The notes beneath the pieces were generated by a model that searched no databases, was not told where the DNA came from, and saw nothing but the letters and a program-made list of their open reading frames with translations. A DNA stretch of 64,000 bases. It comes from Oscillospiraceae bacterium. GTDB lineage: Bacteria > Bacillota > Clostridia > Oscillospirales > Oscillospiraceae. Both the position numbers and the translations under genes were made by a program. Positions 49,561 to 60,220 of the stretch are shown here, piece after piece; within the stretch, counting starts at the first letter, position 1, and each line of letters begins with the position of its first letter. The stretch is taken from NCBI GenBank assembly GCA_020025535.1, contig JAHHRY010000007.1:12630-76629 (forward strand). Direction: 5' to 3'.

Positions 49561-51048
49561 TTGAAGTTGTACATTGGCGTAGACCTGGGTACTTCCGCAG
49601 TCAAACTGCTGCTGATGAATGAGCAGGGCGAGATCAAGAACGTGGTATCCAAGGAATATCCCCTGGAATTTCCCCAGCCGGGCTGGAGCCAGCAGGCACC
49701 TGAAGACTGGCGCAAGGCAGTCATGGAAGGCATTCCTCAGCTGCTGCAGGGCTTCAACGGAGCAGACGTGGCCGGTATCGGCTGCGGCGGCCAGATGCAC
49801 GGACTGGTAATTCTGGACGATCAGGACAAGGTAATCCGTCCTGCCATCCTCTGGAATGACGGAAGAACCGCCAAGCAGGTAGACTTCCTGAACAATGAGA
49901 TCGGCAAGGAAAAGCTGTCCAGACTGACGGCAAACATTGCCTTTGCCGGCTTTACTGCCCCCAAGGTGCTGTGGGTCAGAGAAAATGAGCCCGAAAACTT
50001 CAGCAGAATCGCAAAGATCATGCTGCCGAAGGATTATGTAAACTATATTCTCACCGGCGTTCATGCCTGTGATTATTCCGACGCATCCGGTATGCTGCTG
50101 CTTGACGTAGAGCACAAGTGCTGGAGCAGGGAAATGCTGGATATCTGCGGTATTTCCGAAAATCAGATGCCCAAGCTGTTTGAAAGCTATCAGTGCATCG
50201 GCACCGTAAAGCCCGAAATTGCCAAAGCTCTGGGAATCCCTGAAAATGTCAAGGTGGCTGCCGGCGCCGGCGATAACGCCGCTGCGGCTGTAGGCACCGG
50301 CGTTGTGGGTGAGGGCGGCTGCAATATCAGCCTGGGTACCTCCGGAACGGTGTTTATTTCCTCCGAGAAATTCGGTGTGGATAACCACAATGCGCTCCAT
50401 GCCTTCGCCCATGCCGACGGCGGTTATCACCTGATGGGCTGTATGCTGTCCGCCGCTTCCTGCAACAAGTGGCTGATGGACGAGATCTACAAGACCTCCG
50501 ACTACGCTGCAGAGCAGGCCGACATCACCGATGACAAGCTGGGTGAAAACCATGTTTATTTCCTGCCTTACCTTATGGGTGAGCGCAGCCCCATCAACGA
50601 CACCAATGCCCGCGGCACCTTTATCGGCATGAGCATGGACACCACCAGAAGCGACCTGACGCAGGCAGTTCTGGAAGGCGTTGCCTTTGCCATCCGCGAC
50701 AGCGTGGAGGTTGCCCGCAGTCTGGGAATTGAAATCAACACTTCCAAGATCTGCGGCGGCGGCGCCAAGAGTCCTCTGTGGAAGAAAATCATTGCCAACG
50801 TGCTGAATGCACAGCTGCAGTGTCTGGAATCCGAGCAGGGTCCCGGCATGGGCGGTGCCATGCTCGCCATGGTCGCCTGCGGCGAATACGGCAGCGTGAA
50901 GGAAGTCTGCGACAAGTTTGTCCATGTGGCTTCCACCGTTGAGCCCGATCCTCAGCTGGTTGCCAAGTACGAGAAGCGCTATCAGCAGTTCAGGCAGATC
51001 TATCCTGCCTGCAAGGCACTGTTTGCTGAATTTGTAAAGGAGTGTTAA
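49561..51048 (+). CDS. xylB: Xylulokinase / FGGY-family carbohydrate kinase
   Basis: 'YIGVDLGTSAVK' N-terminal motif. TTG start 9 nt after AGGGAG; the GTG given in the ORF track sits too close to the RBS. Confidence 0.85.
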   Translation: MKLYIGVDLGTSAVKLLLMNEQGEIKNVVSKEYPLEFPQPGWSQQAPEDWRKAVMEGIPQLLQGFNGADVAGIGCGGQMHGLVILDDQDKVIRPAILWNDGRTAKQVDFLNNEIGKEKLSRLTANIAFAGFTAPKVLWVRENEPENFSRIAKIMLPKDYVNYILTGVHACDYSDASGMLLLDVEHKCWSREMLDICGISENQMPKLFESYQCIGTVKPEIAKALGIPENVKVAAGAGDNAAAAVGTGVVGEGGCNISLGTSGTVFISSEKFGVDNHNALHAFAHADGGYHLMGCMLSAASCNKWLMDEIYKTSDYAAEQADITDDKLGENHVYFLPYLMGERSPINDTNARGTFIGMSMDTTRSDLTQAVLEGVAFAIRDSVEVARSLGIEINTSKICGGGAKSPLWKKIIANVLNAQLQCLESEQGPGMGGAMLAMVACGEYGSVKEVCDKFVHVASTVEPDPQLVAKYEKRYQQFRQIYPACKALFAEFVKEC

Positions 51049-51050
51049 CC

Positions 51051-51689
51051 GTGAAAATTTATTCCGTTCTGGATCCCGAGTTCAAGGCCTACGGCCAGGT
51101 GGTCACCGGCATGGAGGACACCGTAGCACAGATTCTGTCTGTTCTGAAAGATGCCCCTCAGCCTGCAGGCGTGGATTACGTTCCCGAGTACGCTCCTCTG
51201 CAGGAGCTGCCCGCTGCCAATGAAGTCAGCGAACACCTTTACGGCGGAATGCCTGTTCAGCTGGGCTGGTGCAACGGTCACAATACCAAGCTGAACTGCC
51301 TGGAGTATCACCGGGATTCTGAGTTCAATCTTGGCACCGAGGATTTCATTCTGCTGGTTGCCAAGCAGGAGGAAATTGTGGACGGCGTTCTGGACACCGC
51401 CAAAATCAAGGCATTCAGAGCACCTGCGGGCGTTCTGGTGGAATGCTTTGCAACGACTCTGCACTATGCCCCCTGCCACTGCGATCCCGCCAAGGGCTTC
51501 CGGGTTCTGGTTGCTCTGCCCAAGGGCACCAACACCGAAAAGCCCAATATGCCCCTCAAGGCCCCCGAAGACAAGCTGCTCTGGGCCCGCAACAAGTGGC
51601 TGCTGGCTCACAAGGAGTCCAATGAAGCAGCTGCCGGTGCCCATATCGGCCTTGCCGGAGAAAACATTGACATTGCAAACCTGATCTGA
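51051..51689 (+). CDS. DUF4867-family protein
   Basis: GTG start after AAGGAG. ~212 aa. Sits between the kinase and the isomerase. Confidence 0.55.
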   Translation: MKIYSVLDPEFKAYGQVVTGMEDTVAQILSVLKDAPQPAGVDYVPEYAPLQELPAANEVSEHLYGGMPVQLGWCNGHNTKLNCLEYHRDSEFNLGTEDFILLVAKQEEIVDGVLDTAKIKAFRAPAGVLVECFATTLHYAPCHCDPAKGFRVLVALPKGTNTEKPNMPLKAPEDKLLWARNKWLLAHKESNEAAAGAHIGLAGENIDIANLI

Positions 51690-51705
51690 AAAGGAGATAT
51701 TAAAA

Positions 51706-53175
51706 ATGAACATTCCTGAAGTTAAGCTGGGCATTATTGCCGTATCCCGTGACTGCTTCCCCATCGGACTGTCTACCAAGCGCCGCCAGAATATCGTGGC
51801 TGCCTACGGCGAAGGCCTGTATGAGTGCCCCATCACCGTTGAAAACGAGAAGGACGCTCTGGCTGCTCTGGCGGATGTAAACGCACACGACGTGAACGCT
51901 CTGGTGGTGTTCCTGGGCAACTTCGGCCCTGAAACTCCCGAGACTCTGCTGTGCCAGAAGTTTGATGGCCCCGTCATGTATATTGCTGCAGCTGAAGGCG
52001 ACGGCAACTTGATCAATGGTCGTGGCGATGCTTACTGCGGTGTTCTGAACTGCTCTTACAACCTGGGTATGCGTCACCTGAAGGCCTACATTCCCGAGTA
52101 CCCCGTGGGCACCGCCGAGGAATGCGCCAAGATGATCCGTGAGTTCATTCCCATCGCCCGTGCCATCGTGGGTGTCAAGAACCTGAAGATCATCACCTTC
52201 GGCCCCCGTCCTCAGGACTTCTTCGCCTGCAACGCACCCATCAAGGGCCTGTACGAGCTGGGCGTGGAGATTGAAGAGAACTCCGAGCTGGATCTGCTGG
52301 TGTCCTACAAGGCACACGCCAAGGATGCCCGTATTCCCGAAGTCATTGCCGACATGGAAAAGGAAATGGGCGACAGAAAGATCTACCCCGACCTGCTGGA
52401 GCGTATGGCTCAGTTTGAGCTGACTCTGCTGGACTGGGCAGAAGCTCACAAGGGCGCAAGAAAGTACGTTGCCTTCGCTGACAAGTGCTGGCCCGCATTC
52501 CCCGAGCAGTTTGGCTTCGAGCCCTGCTATGTGAACTCCCGTCTGGCATCCCGCGGCATTCCCGTGGCCTGCGAGGTGGACATCTACGGTGCACTGTCCG
52601 AGTACATCGGTGCCTGCATCACCGGCGATGCCATCACCCTGCTGGATATCAACAACTCCGTGCCCAAGTATATCTACGACGAAGATATTGCCGGCAAGTT
52701 TAATTACGACATCAAGGACACCTTTATGGCATTCCACTGCGGCAACACCCCCAGCTGCAAGATGTGCGGCGATTGCGCTGTGAAGTACCAGCTGATCCAG
52801 AACCGTCTGCTGGAAAACGGCGGCACTCCCGACATCACCCGCGGCACTCTGGAAGGTGACATTGCTGCTTCCGACATCACCTTCTACCGTCTGCAGTGCG
52901 ATTCCGAGGGCAACCTGCGCTCCTACATCGCAGAAGGTGAAGTCCTGCCTGTTCCCACCCGTTCCTTCGGTGGTATCGGTATCTTCGCAATTCCTGAAAT
53001 GGGCCGCTTCTATCGCCATGTGCTGATCCAGAAGCGTTATCCCCACCATGGTGCGGTGGCATTTGCACACTGCGGCAAGAGCTTGTTTGAAGTTTTCAAA
53101 TACTTTGGACTTTCTGACATTGCCTACAACCAGCCCAAGAGCCTGCCTTACGCAACAGAGAATCCTTGGGGTTAA
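51706..53175 (+). CDS. L-fucose/L-arabinose isomerase-family sugar isomerase
   Basis: N-terminus typical of the FucI/AraA family. 489 aa. AAGGAG RBS. Confidence 0.75.
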   Translation: MNIPEVKLGIIAVSRDCFPIGLSTKRRQNIVAAYGEGLYECPITVENEKDALAALADVNAHDVNALVVFLGNFGPETPETLLCQKFDGPVMYIAAAEGDGNLINGRGDAYCGVLNCSYNLGMRHLKAYIPEYPVGTAEECAKMIREFIPIARAIVGVKNLKIITFGPRPQDFFACNAPIKGLYELGVEIEENSELDLLVSYKAHAKDARIPEVIADMEKEMGDRKIYPDLLERMAQFELTLLDWAEAHKGARKYVAFADKCWPAFPEQFGFEPCYVNSRLASRGIPVACEVDIYGALSEYIGACITGDAITLLDINNSVPKYIYDEDIAGKFNYDIKDTFMAFHCGNTPSCKMCGDCAVKYQLIQNRLLENGGTPDITRGTLEGDIAASDITFYRLQCDSEGNLRSYIAEGEVLPVPTRSFGGIGIFAIPEMGRFYRHVLIQKRYPHHGAVAFAHCGKSLFEVFKYFGLSDIAYNQPKSLPYATENPWG

Positions 53176-53200
53176 TAATTTGCCTGTTTCTTCCTAAAAA

Positions 53201-53238
53201 AGAGGGTCTCCGAAATTTTCGGAGGCTCTCTTTTTTTG
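53201..53238 (+). terminator. Intrinsic terminator
   Basis: Extended hairpin agagggtctccgaaa/tttcggaggctctc followed by T7. Confidence 0.65.
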
Positions 53239-53335
53239 CGGCCGCCGGAGAGGGTAAAGCCCCAAATAGCTTGACACCAGACCGAAATCATACTAAAATA
53301 CAGCGGTACGATTTCGGACCAGAGGAGGAAACACC

Positions 53336-53788
53336 ATGGAAACAGCAGCCAAAGACGTGAAGCAATACGGCCTGATTACCAGCGAGATGGACGCCGAATA
53401 CCATCAGGCGGCATTTCAAATGGGACTTTCAGACAGCGCTCTTCGGATCCTGTATGTTATCTGCCTCCATGGAGAGGAGAGTATGCTCAGCGAGATTGTC
53501 AGACTGACCGGAATGCAGAAGCAGACCGTGCACTCCTCTTTGCGAAAGATGGAGGAGGAAGGCCTGCTTCGTTTGCTGGCGGCAGAGGGACGAAGGAAAA
53601 AAGTCTGTCTGACGGAATCCGGAAAGGAACTGACCCGACGCAGCGTACTGCCGCTGCTGCAGATAGAGCAGGATATTCTGTCTTCCTGGACGCAGGAGGA
53701 ACAGGACATTTATATTCAGCTGAACCACCGCTTCCTTGTGCAGCTGCGGGAGAAAATGAGAACAGCAGACTTCGGAGGTGCCGTATGA
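53336..53788 (+). CDS. MarR-family transcriptional regulator
   Basis: Winged HTH ('LSEIVRLTGMQKQTVHSSLRKMEEEGLL'). Confidence 0.8.
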   Translation: METAAKDVKQYGLITSEMDAEYHQAAFQMGLSDSALRILYVICLHGEESMLSEIVRLTGMQKQTVHSSLRKMEEEGLLRLLAAEGRRKKVCLTESGKELTRRSVLPLLQIEQDILSSWTQEEQDIYIQLNHRFLVQLREKMRTADFGGAV

Positions 53789-55113
53789 TACAGATATCGG
53801 AACACTTTAACTACAGAAAGCTGCTGCGGTTTACCTTTCCGTCCATTGTTATGGTGGTGTTTACCTCGATTTACGGTGTGGTGGACGGCTATTTTGTATC
53901 CAATTTTGCGGGAAAAGTTCCTTTTACGGCACTCAATTTCGTGTTTCCGTTCCTGATGATTCTGGGAGGCACGGGCTTTATGTTCGGCAGCGGCGGCGGT
54001 GCGCTGATCGCAAAGACCATGGGCGAACAGGAGCACGAGAAGGCCAACCGGATTTTCTCCATGCTGATCTATGCTTCCGTTGCCTGCGGAGTGGTACTGG
54101 CAATTCTGGGAATGGTCCTGCTGCGCCCTGTGGTGCTTTTCTTAGGCGCGGAGGGACAGCTGCTGGAGGACAGCATCCGGTACGGCAGTATTTATTTGCT
54201 GTCGCTTCCGGCGGTCGTTGTCCAGAGCGAGTTCCAGTGCCTGTTTTCCACTGCCGGAAAACCCCAGATGGGACTGTTTGTGACTGTGGCGGCAGGCCTT
54301 ACAAACATTGTGCTGGATGCGCTGTTTGTGGCGGTGTTTTCCTGGGGGATTACCGGTGCGGCAGCAGCCACCGCCCTCAGCCAATGCGTGGGAGGGATAG
54401 TTCCTCTGATTTATTTCAGCCGCCCCAACACAAGTACCCTGCGTCTGGTAAAAACCAAGTTTGAAGGCAAAGTGCTGGCACAGGTCTGCGTCAATGGTTC
54501 TTCGGAACTGCTGAGCAATATTTCCATGTCGCTGGTGAGCATGATCTACAATGCCCAGCTCCTGAAATACGCCGGCGAGGACGGCGTGGCGGCATACGGA
54601 GTGCTCATGTATGTCTGCCTGATTTTCCTTGGCATTTTCATCGGCTTTACCATGGGCACATCGCCCATTATCAGCTACCACTACGGCGCTCAGAACGACA
54701 GAGAGCTGAAAAGCCTGCTGCGGAAAAGCGTGGCGATCATCGGCATCGCGTCACTGGCCATGCTGGCGGCAGGAGAGCTGCTGGCAAAACCCCTGTCCTG
54801 GCTGTTTGTAGGATATGATTCGCAGCTGATGGAAATTACGCTGCGAGGATTCCGGATTTATTCGATGTCCTTCGTGTTTTCGGGATTTGCCATCCTGGGT
54901 TCTTCTTTCTTCACCGCCCTGAACAACGGTATGGTATCGGCGGTGATTTCCAGCTTGCGGACACTGGTGTTTCAGATCCTGTCGGCGGTGATTTTCCCCC
55001 TGTTCTGGGGCGTGGACGGTATATGGGCATCACTGGTGTTTGCGGAAGCCATGGCTGTGATTGTGGTGGGGCTTTTCCTGGCGGGAAACCGGAAGAAGTA
55101 CCGCTATTACTAA
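53785..55113 (+). CDS. MATE-family efflux transporter
   Basis: 12-TM topology and MATE-like N-terminus. Overlaps the marR stop. Confidence 0.85.
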   Translation: MIQISEHFNYRKLLRFTFPSIVMVVFTSIYGVVDGYFVSNFAGKVPFTALNFVFPFLMILGGTGFMFGSGGGALIAKTMGEQEHEKANRIFSMLIYASVACGVVLAILGMVLLRPVVLFLGAEGQLLEDSIRYGSIYLLSLPAVVVQSEFQCLFSTAGKPQMGLFVTVAAGLTNIVLDALFVAVFSWGITGAAAATALSQCVGGIVPLIYFSRPNTSTLRLVKTKFEGKVLAQVCVNGSSELLSNISMSLVSMIYNAQLLKYAGEDGVAAYGVLMYVCLIFLGIFIGFTMGTSPIISYHYGAQNDRELKSLLRKSVAIIGIASLAMLAAGELLAKPLSWLFVGYDSQLMEITLRGFRIYSMSFVFSGFAILGSSFFTALNNGMVSAVISSLRTLVFQILSAVIFPLFWGVDGIWASLVFAEAMAVIVVGLFLAGNRKKYRYY

Positions 55114-55175
55114 GAAGGCCTTTTATTCCAAAATAACGCTTGCAATTCCCGAATCCCGGGTGTAAAATACTTGTG

Positions 55176-55290
55176 ACAACTGAAAAGGGGAGCTTGTGAA
55201 TGGCAGCGTTCGGGCAGGCTGAGAGGAAGGCAGAACCTTCGACCCGTGAACCTGATTTGGATAATGCCAACGTAGGGATTGTGTAGAATA
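55176..55290 (+). ncRNA. TPP (THI-box) riboswitch
   Basis: Hallmark 'CTGAGA' and 'AACCTGATTTGGATAATGCCAACGTAGGGA' elements, followed by a terminator hairpin. Confidence 0.75.
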
Positions 55291-55296
55291 AGCAGC

Positions 55297-55337
55297 GTGG
55301 GAAGTTACCAAATCCGGTAACTTCCCACTTTTATTTT
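55297..55337 (+). terminator. Riboswitch expression-platform terminator
   Basis: gtgggaagttacc-aaatcc-ggtaacttcccac followed by ttttatttt. Confidence 0.7.
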
Positions 55338-55351
55338 CTGGAGGCGAATCT

Positions 55352-55546
55352 ATGGTAAAAATCAACGGCAGCGATATGGAGCTGGCAGGCAGAAGTCTGG
55401 CAGAGTATCTGGAAAGTACCGATTACGATCCGAAGCGCATTGCTGTGGAACGCAACGGTGACATTGTCCCCAAGGCAAAGTATGCGGAAACCGTTTTGCA
55501 GGATGGGGACGAACTGGAAGTAGTCAGCTTCGTGGGAGGTGGCTAA
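55352..55546 (+). CDS. thiS: Sulfur carrier protein ThiS
   Basis: 64 aa ending in GG. Confidence 0.85.
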   Translation: MVKINGSDMELAGRSLAEYLESTDYDPKRIAVERNGDIVPKAKYAETVLQDGDELEVVSFVGGG

Positions 55547-56188
55547 ATGGCGGCAATCCCGACCCGGGAGGAAATGGAGCGTGTTCTGCGTCAGCGGCAC
55601 GGCGCGCAGCTGCAGGAAAAATTTGAACGTGCAGCGGTTGCCGTCTGCGGTCTGGGAGGACTTGGCTCCAATATTGCCGTTTGTCTCGCAAGAGCCGGCA
55701 TCGGCAGACTGATCCTTATTGACTTCGACCGGGTGGATGTATCCAACCTCCACCGTCAGCAGTATAAAGCATCCCAGGTGGGAATGCCCAAGACCCGGGC
55801 GCTGGCGGAGAATCTTCTGGAAATTGCCCCCTATGCGGCAATAGAAACCCACACCGTGAAGGTCACGGAAGGCAATTTCCGGGAGCTGCTGGACGAGGCA
55901 GACATCGTCTGCGAAGCCTTTGACAATGCAGAGGCAAAAGCGATGCTTGTCAACGGCGTATTGGAGAATATGCCGGACAAATATCTGGTGGCGGCATCCG
56001 GCATGGCGGGCATCGACTCCGGCAATGCCATCAGGACGCGGCGGATTACCGGGCATTTTTATCTCTGCGGAGATTTTGTCAGCGATGTGGCGGACGACAT
56101 GGGACTCCTGTCCTCCCGTGTGATGCTTTGCGCCGCCCATCAGGCACATATGGTGCTGCGGATTCTGGCAGGAAAACAACAACCATAA
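55547..56188 (+). CDS. thiF: ThiS adenylyltransferase (E1-like, ThiF)
   Basis: 'GLGGLGS' nucleotide-binding motif. Confidence 0.85.
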   Translation: MAAIPTREEMERVLRQRHGAQLQEKFERAAVAVCGLGGLGSNIAVCLARAGIGRLILIDFDRVDVSNLHRQQYKASQVGMPKTRALAENLLEIAPYAAIETHTVKVTEGNFRELLDEADIVCEAFDNAEAKAMLVNGVLENMPDKYLVAASGMAGIDSGNAIRTRRITGHFYLCGDFVSDVADDMGLLSSRVMLCAAHQAHMVLRILAGKQQP

Positions 56189-56210
56189 TTTCTGAAAGAA
56201 GGATATTGAT

Positions 56211-56981
56211 ATGGAAAACGATAAGCTCATCATTGGCGGTCACGAATTTAACTCCCGTTTCATTCTCGGTTCCGGCAAATACTCCATGCGGCTGATTGAG
56301 GCGGCAGTGAAAGATGCCGGCGCAGAGATCATCACGCTGGCAGTCCGCCGTGCCAATACCAAGGAGCATGAGAACATTCTGGATTACATTCCTCAGAACG
56401 TCACCCTGCTGCCCAATACCTCCGGCGCAAGAAACGCCGAAGAGGCCATACGGATTGCCCGTCTGGCAAGAGAACTGGGCTGCGGCGATTTTGTGAAGGT
56501 GGAAATCATGCGGGATTCCAAGTATCTCCTGCCCGACAATCAGGAGACCATCCGGGCTACGGAGACACTGGCAAAGGAAGGCTTTGTGGTCATGCCCTAT
56601 ATGTATCCCGATCTGAATGCGGCGCGGGATCTGGTAAATGCCGGTGCCGCCGCCGTTATGCCGCTGGCTTCTCCCATCGGCTCCAACAAGGGCCTGGCTA
56701 CCAAAGAGTTCATCCAGATTCTCATTGACGAAATCGATCTGCCGATTATTGTGGATGCCGGCATCGGCAGACCCTCTCAGGCCTGCGAGGCCATGGAAAT
56801 GGGCGCTGCTGCCATTATGGCCAACACCGCTCTGGCAACGGCCGGTGATCTGCCTATGATGGCATCCGCCTTCCGTCAGGCCATTGAGGCAGGCCGCAAG
56901 GCTTATCTGTCCGGTCTGGGCAGAGTGCTGATGCGCGGTGCCTCTGCTTCCGATCCTCTGACCGGCTTCCTGCGGGACTAA
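56211..56981 (+). CDS. thiG: Thiazole synthase
   Basis: ThiG TIM-barrel family. 256 aa. Confidence 0.9.
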   Translation: MENDKLIIGGHEFNSRFILGSGKYSMRLIEAAVKDAGAEIITLAVRRANTKEHENILDYIPQNVTLLPNTSGARNAEEAIRIARLARELGCGDFVKVEIMRDSKYLLPDNQETIRATETLAKEGFVVMPYMYPDLNAARDLVNAGAAAVMPLASPIGSNKGLATKEFIQILIDEIDLPIIVDAGIGRPSQACEAMEMGAAAIMANTALATAGDLPMMASAFRQAIEAGRKAYLSGLGRVLMRGASASDPLTGFLRD

Positions 56982-56992
56982 GGGGTGGAATC

Positions 56993-58246
56993 ATGGAAAA
57001 TCAGTTCTTGGTAGACTCCGAGTACCTGTCCAAGGAGGCACTGGCAAAAAAACACCGTCTGGAAAACGATCCTTCCTCTCGGAAAAATCACATGGAATAT
57101 CTCCCCGGCATGGAGATTATCGAGTCCGATGTCTGCCGGCAGGTGATGAGCCAGGTGGAGGCTTTCGATTACTCCGTCTACACCGCAAAGGATGTCCGGG
57201 CGGCGTTGGAGCATGAAACCTGCACGCTGGAGGATTTTAAGGCACTTCTGTCCCCGGCAGCCGAGCCGTTTCTGGAGCGGATGGCTCAGAAGGCCCGTAT
57301 GGAAACCAGCAAGCACTTTGGCAATACGGTGTATATTTTTACGCCCATCTACATAGCCAATTACTGCGAAAACTACTGCGTCTACTGCGGTTTCAACTGC
57401 TACAACCACATTACCCGCATGAAGCTGAATATGGAGCAGATCGAACACGAGATGAAGGTCATTGCAGACTCCGGCATGGAAGAAATCCTGATTCTCACCG
57501 GCGAGAGCCGCAGCATGAGCAGCGTGGAATACATCGGGGAAGCCTGCAAGCTGGCACGGAAGTATTTCCGTATGGTGGGCCTGGAAATCTATCCGGTCAA
57601 TACCGACGAGTACCGTTATCTTCACCAGTGCGGCGCCGACTATGTGACCGTGTTCCAGGAGACCTACGATTCCGACAAATACGAAACCCTGCACCTGTTC
57701 GGACATAAGCGTGTCTGGCCTTACCGTTTCGACGCACAGGAGCGTGCGCTTCGGGGCGGTATGCGGGGTGTGGCATTCTCGGCATTGCTGGGACTTTCTG
57801 ATTTCCGGAAGGATGCGCTGGCAAGCGCCCTGCATGTGTACTATCTCCAGCGGAAATTTCCCCATGCGGAGATGTCCCTGTCCTGTCCCAGACTGAGACC
57901 CATCATCAACAATGACAAAATCAACCCTCTGGATGTGGGCGAAAAGCAGTTGTGCCAGATTCTCTGCGCCTATCGGATTTTCCTGCCCTTCGTGGGCATC
58001 ACGGTTTCGTCCCGTGAGAGCGCTCAGTTCCGCAACGGCATTGTGAAAATTGCCGCAACCAAGGTTTCCGCCGGCGTTTCCACCGGCATCGGTGACCATG
58101 AGAGCAAGTACACCGGTAAGGAATCGGATGCAGAGCAGGGCGACGAGCAGTTTGAAATTGACGACAGCCGCAGCTTCCAGGCCATGTATCAGGATATGGC
58201 AGAGGAAGGCCTGCAGCCGGTTCTGAATGATTATCTCTATGTCTGA
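56993..58246 (+). CDS. thiH: 2-iminoacetate synthase (radical SAM, tyrosine lyase)
   Basis: 'CENYCVYCGF' radical-SAM motif. Confidence 0.9.
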   Translation: MENQFLVDSEYLSKEALAKKHRLENDPSSRKNHMEYLPGMEIIESDVCRQVMSQVEAFDYSVYTAKDVRAALEHETCTLEDFKALLSPAAEPFLERMAQKARMETSKHFGNTVYIFTPIYIANYCENYCVYCGFNCYNHITRMKLNMEQIEHEMKVIADSGMEEILILTGESRSMSSVEYIGEACKLARKYFRMVGLEIYPVNTDEYRYLHQCGADYVTVFQETYDSDKYETLHLFGHKRVWPYRFDAQERALRGGMRGVAFSALLGLSDFRKDALASALHVYYLQRKFPHAEMSLSCPRLRPIINNDKINPLDVGEKQLCQILCAYRIFLPFVGITVSSRESAQFRNGIVKIAATKVSAGVSTGIGDHESKYTGKESDAEQGDEQFEIDDSRSFQAMYQDMAEEGLQPVLNDYLYV

Positions 58247-58841
58247 TATTCTGTGTGTGACCAATCGCAGCCTCTGCGGAGAGGATTTTCTCCTGCGGAT
58301 GGAGAAAATCGCCGCGGCCCGTCCGGCGGGCATCATCCTTCGGGAAAAGGATCTTTCGCCGGAGGACTACCGCAGGCTGGCACAGCAGGTTTTGCAGATC
58401 TGCCGGGCGCAGAATGTGAAGTGCATTCTCCACAGCTTTGTGGAGGCGGCTCTGGAGACGGAGGCGGATGCCATCCATCTGCCTCTGCCGGTGCTTCGGA
58501 CCATGCGCCGGGAGCAGAAGGCACATTTTTCCACCCTCGGCGCCTCCTGCCACTCGGAAGAGGATGCACGGGAGGCGGAGCGGCTTGGCTGCACCTATAT
58601 CACTGCCGGACATATTTTCGATACCGACTGCAAAAAAGGTCTGCCGGGGCGGGGACTGGAGTTTCTGGAATCCGTGTGTCGGAGCGTGAATATTCCGGTG
58701 TACGCCATCGGCGGGATAGCGCCTGAAAATGTGGAGCTTGTCCGCAGGGCGGGCGCCGCCGGTGCGTGCGTCATGAGCGGACTGATGCAGTGTGCAGATG
58801 CCGCTGCCTATTTGAATGACTTTGAGAAAGCGGGGAAGTAG
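58227..58841 (+). CDS. tenI: ThiE-paralog, TenI-like (thiazole tautomerase-like) protein
   Basis: ThiE fold without the canonical 'LQLREK' motif. A canonical thiE follows it directly. An alternative start at 58239 is possible. Confidence 0.55.
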   Translation: MIISMSDILCVTNRSLCGEDFLLRMEKIAAARPAGIILREKDLSPEDYRRLAQQVLQICRAQNVKCILHSFVEAALETEADAIHLPLPVLRTMRREQKAHFSTLGASCHSEEDAREAERLGCTYITAGHIFDTDCKKGLPGRGLEFLESVCRSVNIPVYAIGGIAPENVELVRRAGAAGACVMSGLMQCADAAAYLNDFEKAGK

Positions 58842-58842
58842 A

Positions 58843-59484
58843 ATGCCCTTTCAGAAAGAGAGCCTGCTGCTATACGCGGTGACAGACCGTGCATGGGTGG
58901 GCAAAAAAACCTTGCTGGAGCAGGTGGAAGAAGCCCTTCTCGGCGGCGTGACCATTCTGCAGTTGCGGGAAAAGCATCTGGAGGAGGATGCGTTTTTAGA
59001 GGAGGCCGTCGCAGTTCGGGAGCTTTGCCATCAATACCATGTGCCCCTGATTATCAACGACAACGTGGATGTGGCACTGAAAAGCGGTGCTGACGGAGTC
59101 CATGTAGGTATGGAAGATGCAGCTGTTGCGGACATCCGCAAGCGTGTCGGCAGGGACTTTATCATCGGCGCCACCGCCAAAACCGTTGCTCAGGCGCAGA
59201 CGGCAGAAAAGAGCGGCGCGGACTATCTGGGCGTGGGAGCTGTGTTTCCTTCTCCCACCAAGACGGGGGCGGTCCGGATCACCCGGGAGCAGCTGAAGGA
59301 AATCTGCACCAGTGTTTCCATCCCCACGGTTGCCATCGGCGGGATCTCGCTGGACAATGTGGACCAAATCAGGGGCGGCGGCATGGACGGCATTGCCGTG
59401 GTGTCCGCCATCTTTGGCGCAGACGATATTCGCGCCGCTGCGGCTCAGCTGAAGGAAAAAGCCAAAAGGGTGACAGCAGGATGA
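58843..59484 (+). CDS. thiE: Thiamine-phosphate synthase
   Basis: 'LYAVTD', 'LQLREK' and 'IINDNVDVAL' motifs. Confidence 0.85.
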   Translation: MPFQKESLLLYAVTDRAWVGKKTLLEQVEEALLGGVTILQLREKHLEEDAFLEEAVAVRELCHQYHVPLIINDNVDVALKSGADGVHVGMEDAAVADIRKRVGRDFIIGATAKTVAQAQTAEKSGADYLGVGAVFPSPTKTGAVRITREQLKEICTSVSIPTVAIGGISLDNVDQIRGGGMDGIAVVSAIFGADDIRAAAAQLKEKAKRVTAG

Positions 59485-60140
59485 TTCAGGGCGCAGTTTT
59501 TGATGTGGACGGTACGCTTCTGGACTCCATGGACCTGTGGGACAGGCTGGGAAGTGATTACCTGTGCAGCATCGGCTGCCGACCGGAGGAAGATCTGGAT
59601 GAAACCTTCAAGACCCTGAGCCTTTATCAGGCCGCCTGCTACTACAGAAGCCATTACGGCGTGAAATTGTCTGTAGAGGAAATCATGGAGGGCGTTAACC
59701 GCATGGTGGAGGATGCCTATTTCCATAAGGTGGTTCTGAAGCCCGGTGTGGCGGAACTTCTCCGGCAGCTGCAGGAAAAGGGGGTAAGGATGTGTGTTGC
59801 CACGGCGACGGACCTTTACCTTGTGGAAGCGGCACTGGAGCGCTGCGGAGTGAGGCATTTCTTTTCCGAAATCCTTACCTGCACGGATGTGGGACACGGC
59901 AAGGACGAGCCGGTGATCTATCGGGAAGCCCTGCACTGTCTGGACACGGAAAAAGAGAATACGATTATTCTGGAAGATTCCTTTTATGCGGCAAACACCG
60001 CAAAAAAGGATGGCTTTCATGTGGTGGGCATTTACGATGTCCATGAGCGCAAAAGCAGGGAACTGGAATCCCTTTCTGATTTTTATCTGCGGGATTTCCG
60101 GGAACTGAAAGATTTTTGGAAGTTTGCTTCCGCTCTCTGA
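59481..60140 (+). CDS. HAD-IA family hydrolase (phosphatase) embedded in the thiamine operon
   Basis: 'FDVDGTLLDS' motif I. Confidence 0.75.
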   Translation: MIQGAVFDVDGTLLDSMDLWDRLGSDYLCSIGCRPEEDLDETFKTLSLYQAACYYRSHYGVKLSVEEIMEGVNRMVEDAYFHKVVLKPGVAELLRQLQEKGVRMCVATATDLYLVEAALERCGVRHFFSEILTCTDVGHGKDEPVIYREALHCLDTEKENTIILEDSFYAANTAKKDGFHVVGIYDVHERKSRELESLSDFYLRDFRELKDFWKFASAL

Positions 60141-60220
60141 GCGGAAGCCTTCAGGCGGCAGACCGGGGGCACCACTCTCTGTCGCTTAATAAAAATAATG
60201 CAGTGTAAAGGAGAAACAGA

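Noticed and set aside
49348-50925. Long minus-strand ORF across the xylulokinase gene
   Set aside because: Antisense to the FGGY kinase CDS. High-GC shadow frame.
51700-53070. Long minus-strand ORF across the isomerase gene
   Set aside because: Antisense to the FucI-like CDS.
58227-59484. Apparent duplicate thiE genes
   Set aside because: This is not a duplication artefact. The first copy lacks canonical ThiE motifs and fits a TenI-like paralog. The second is a canonical ThiE.
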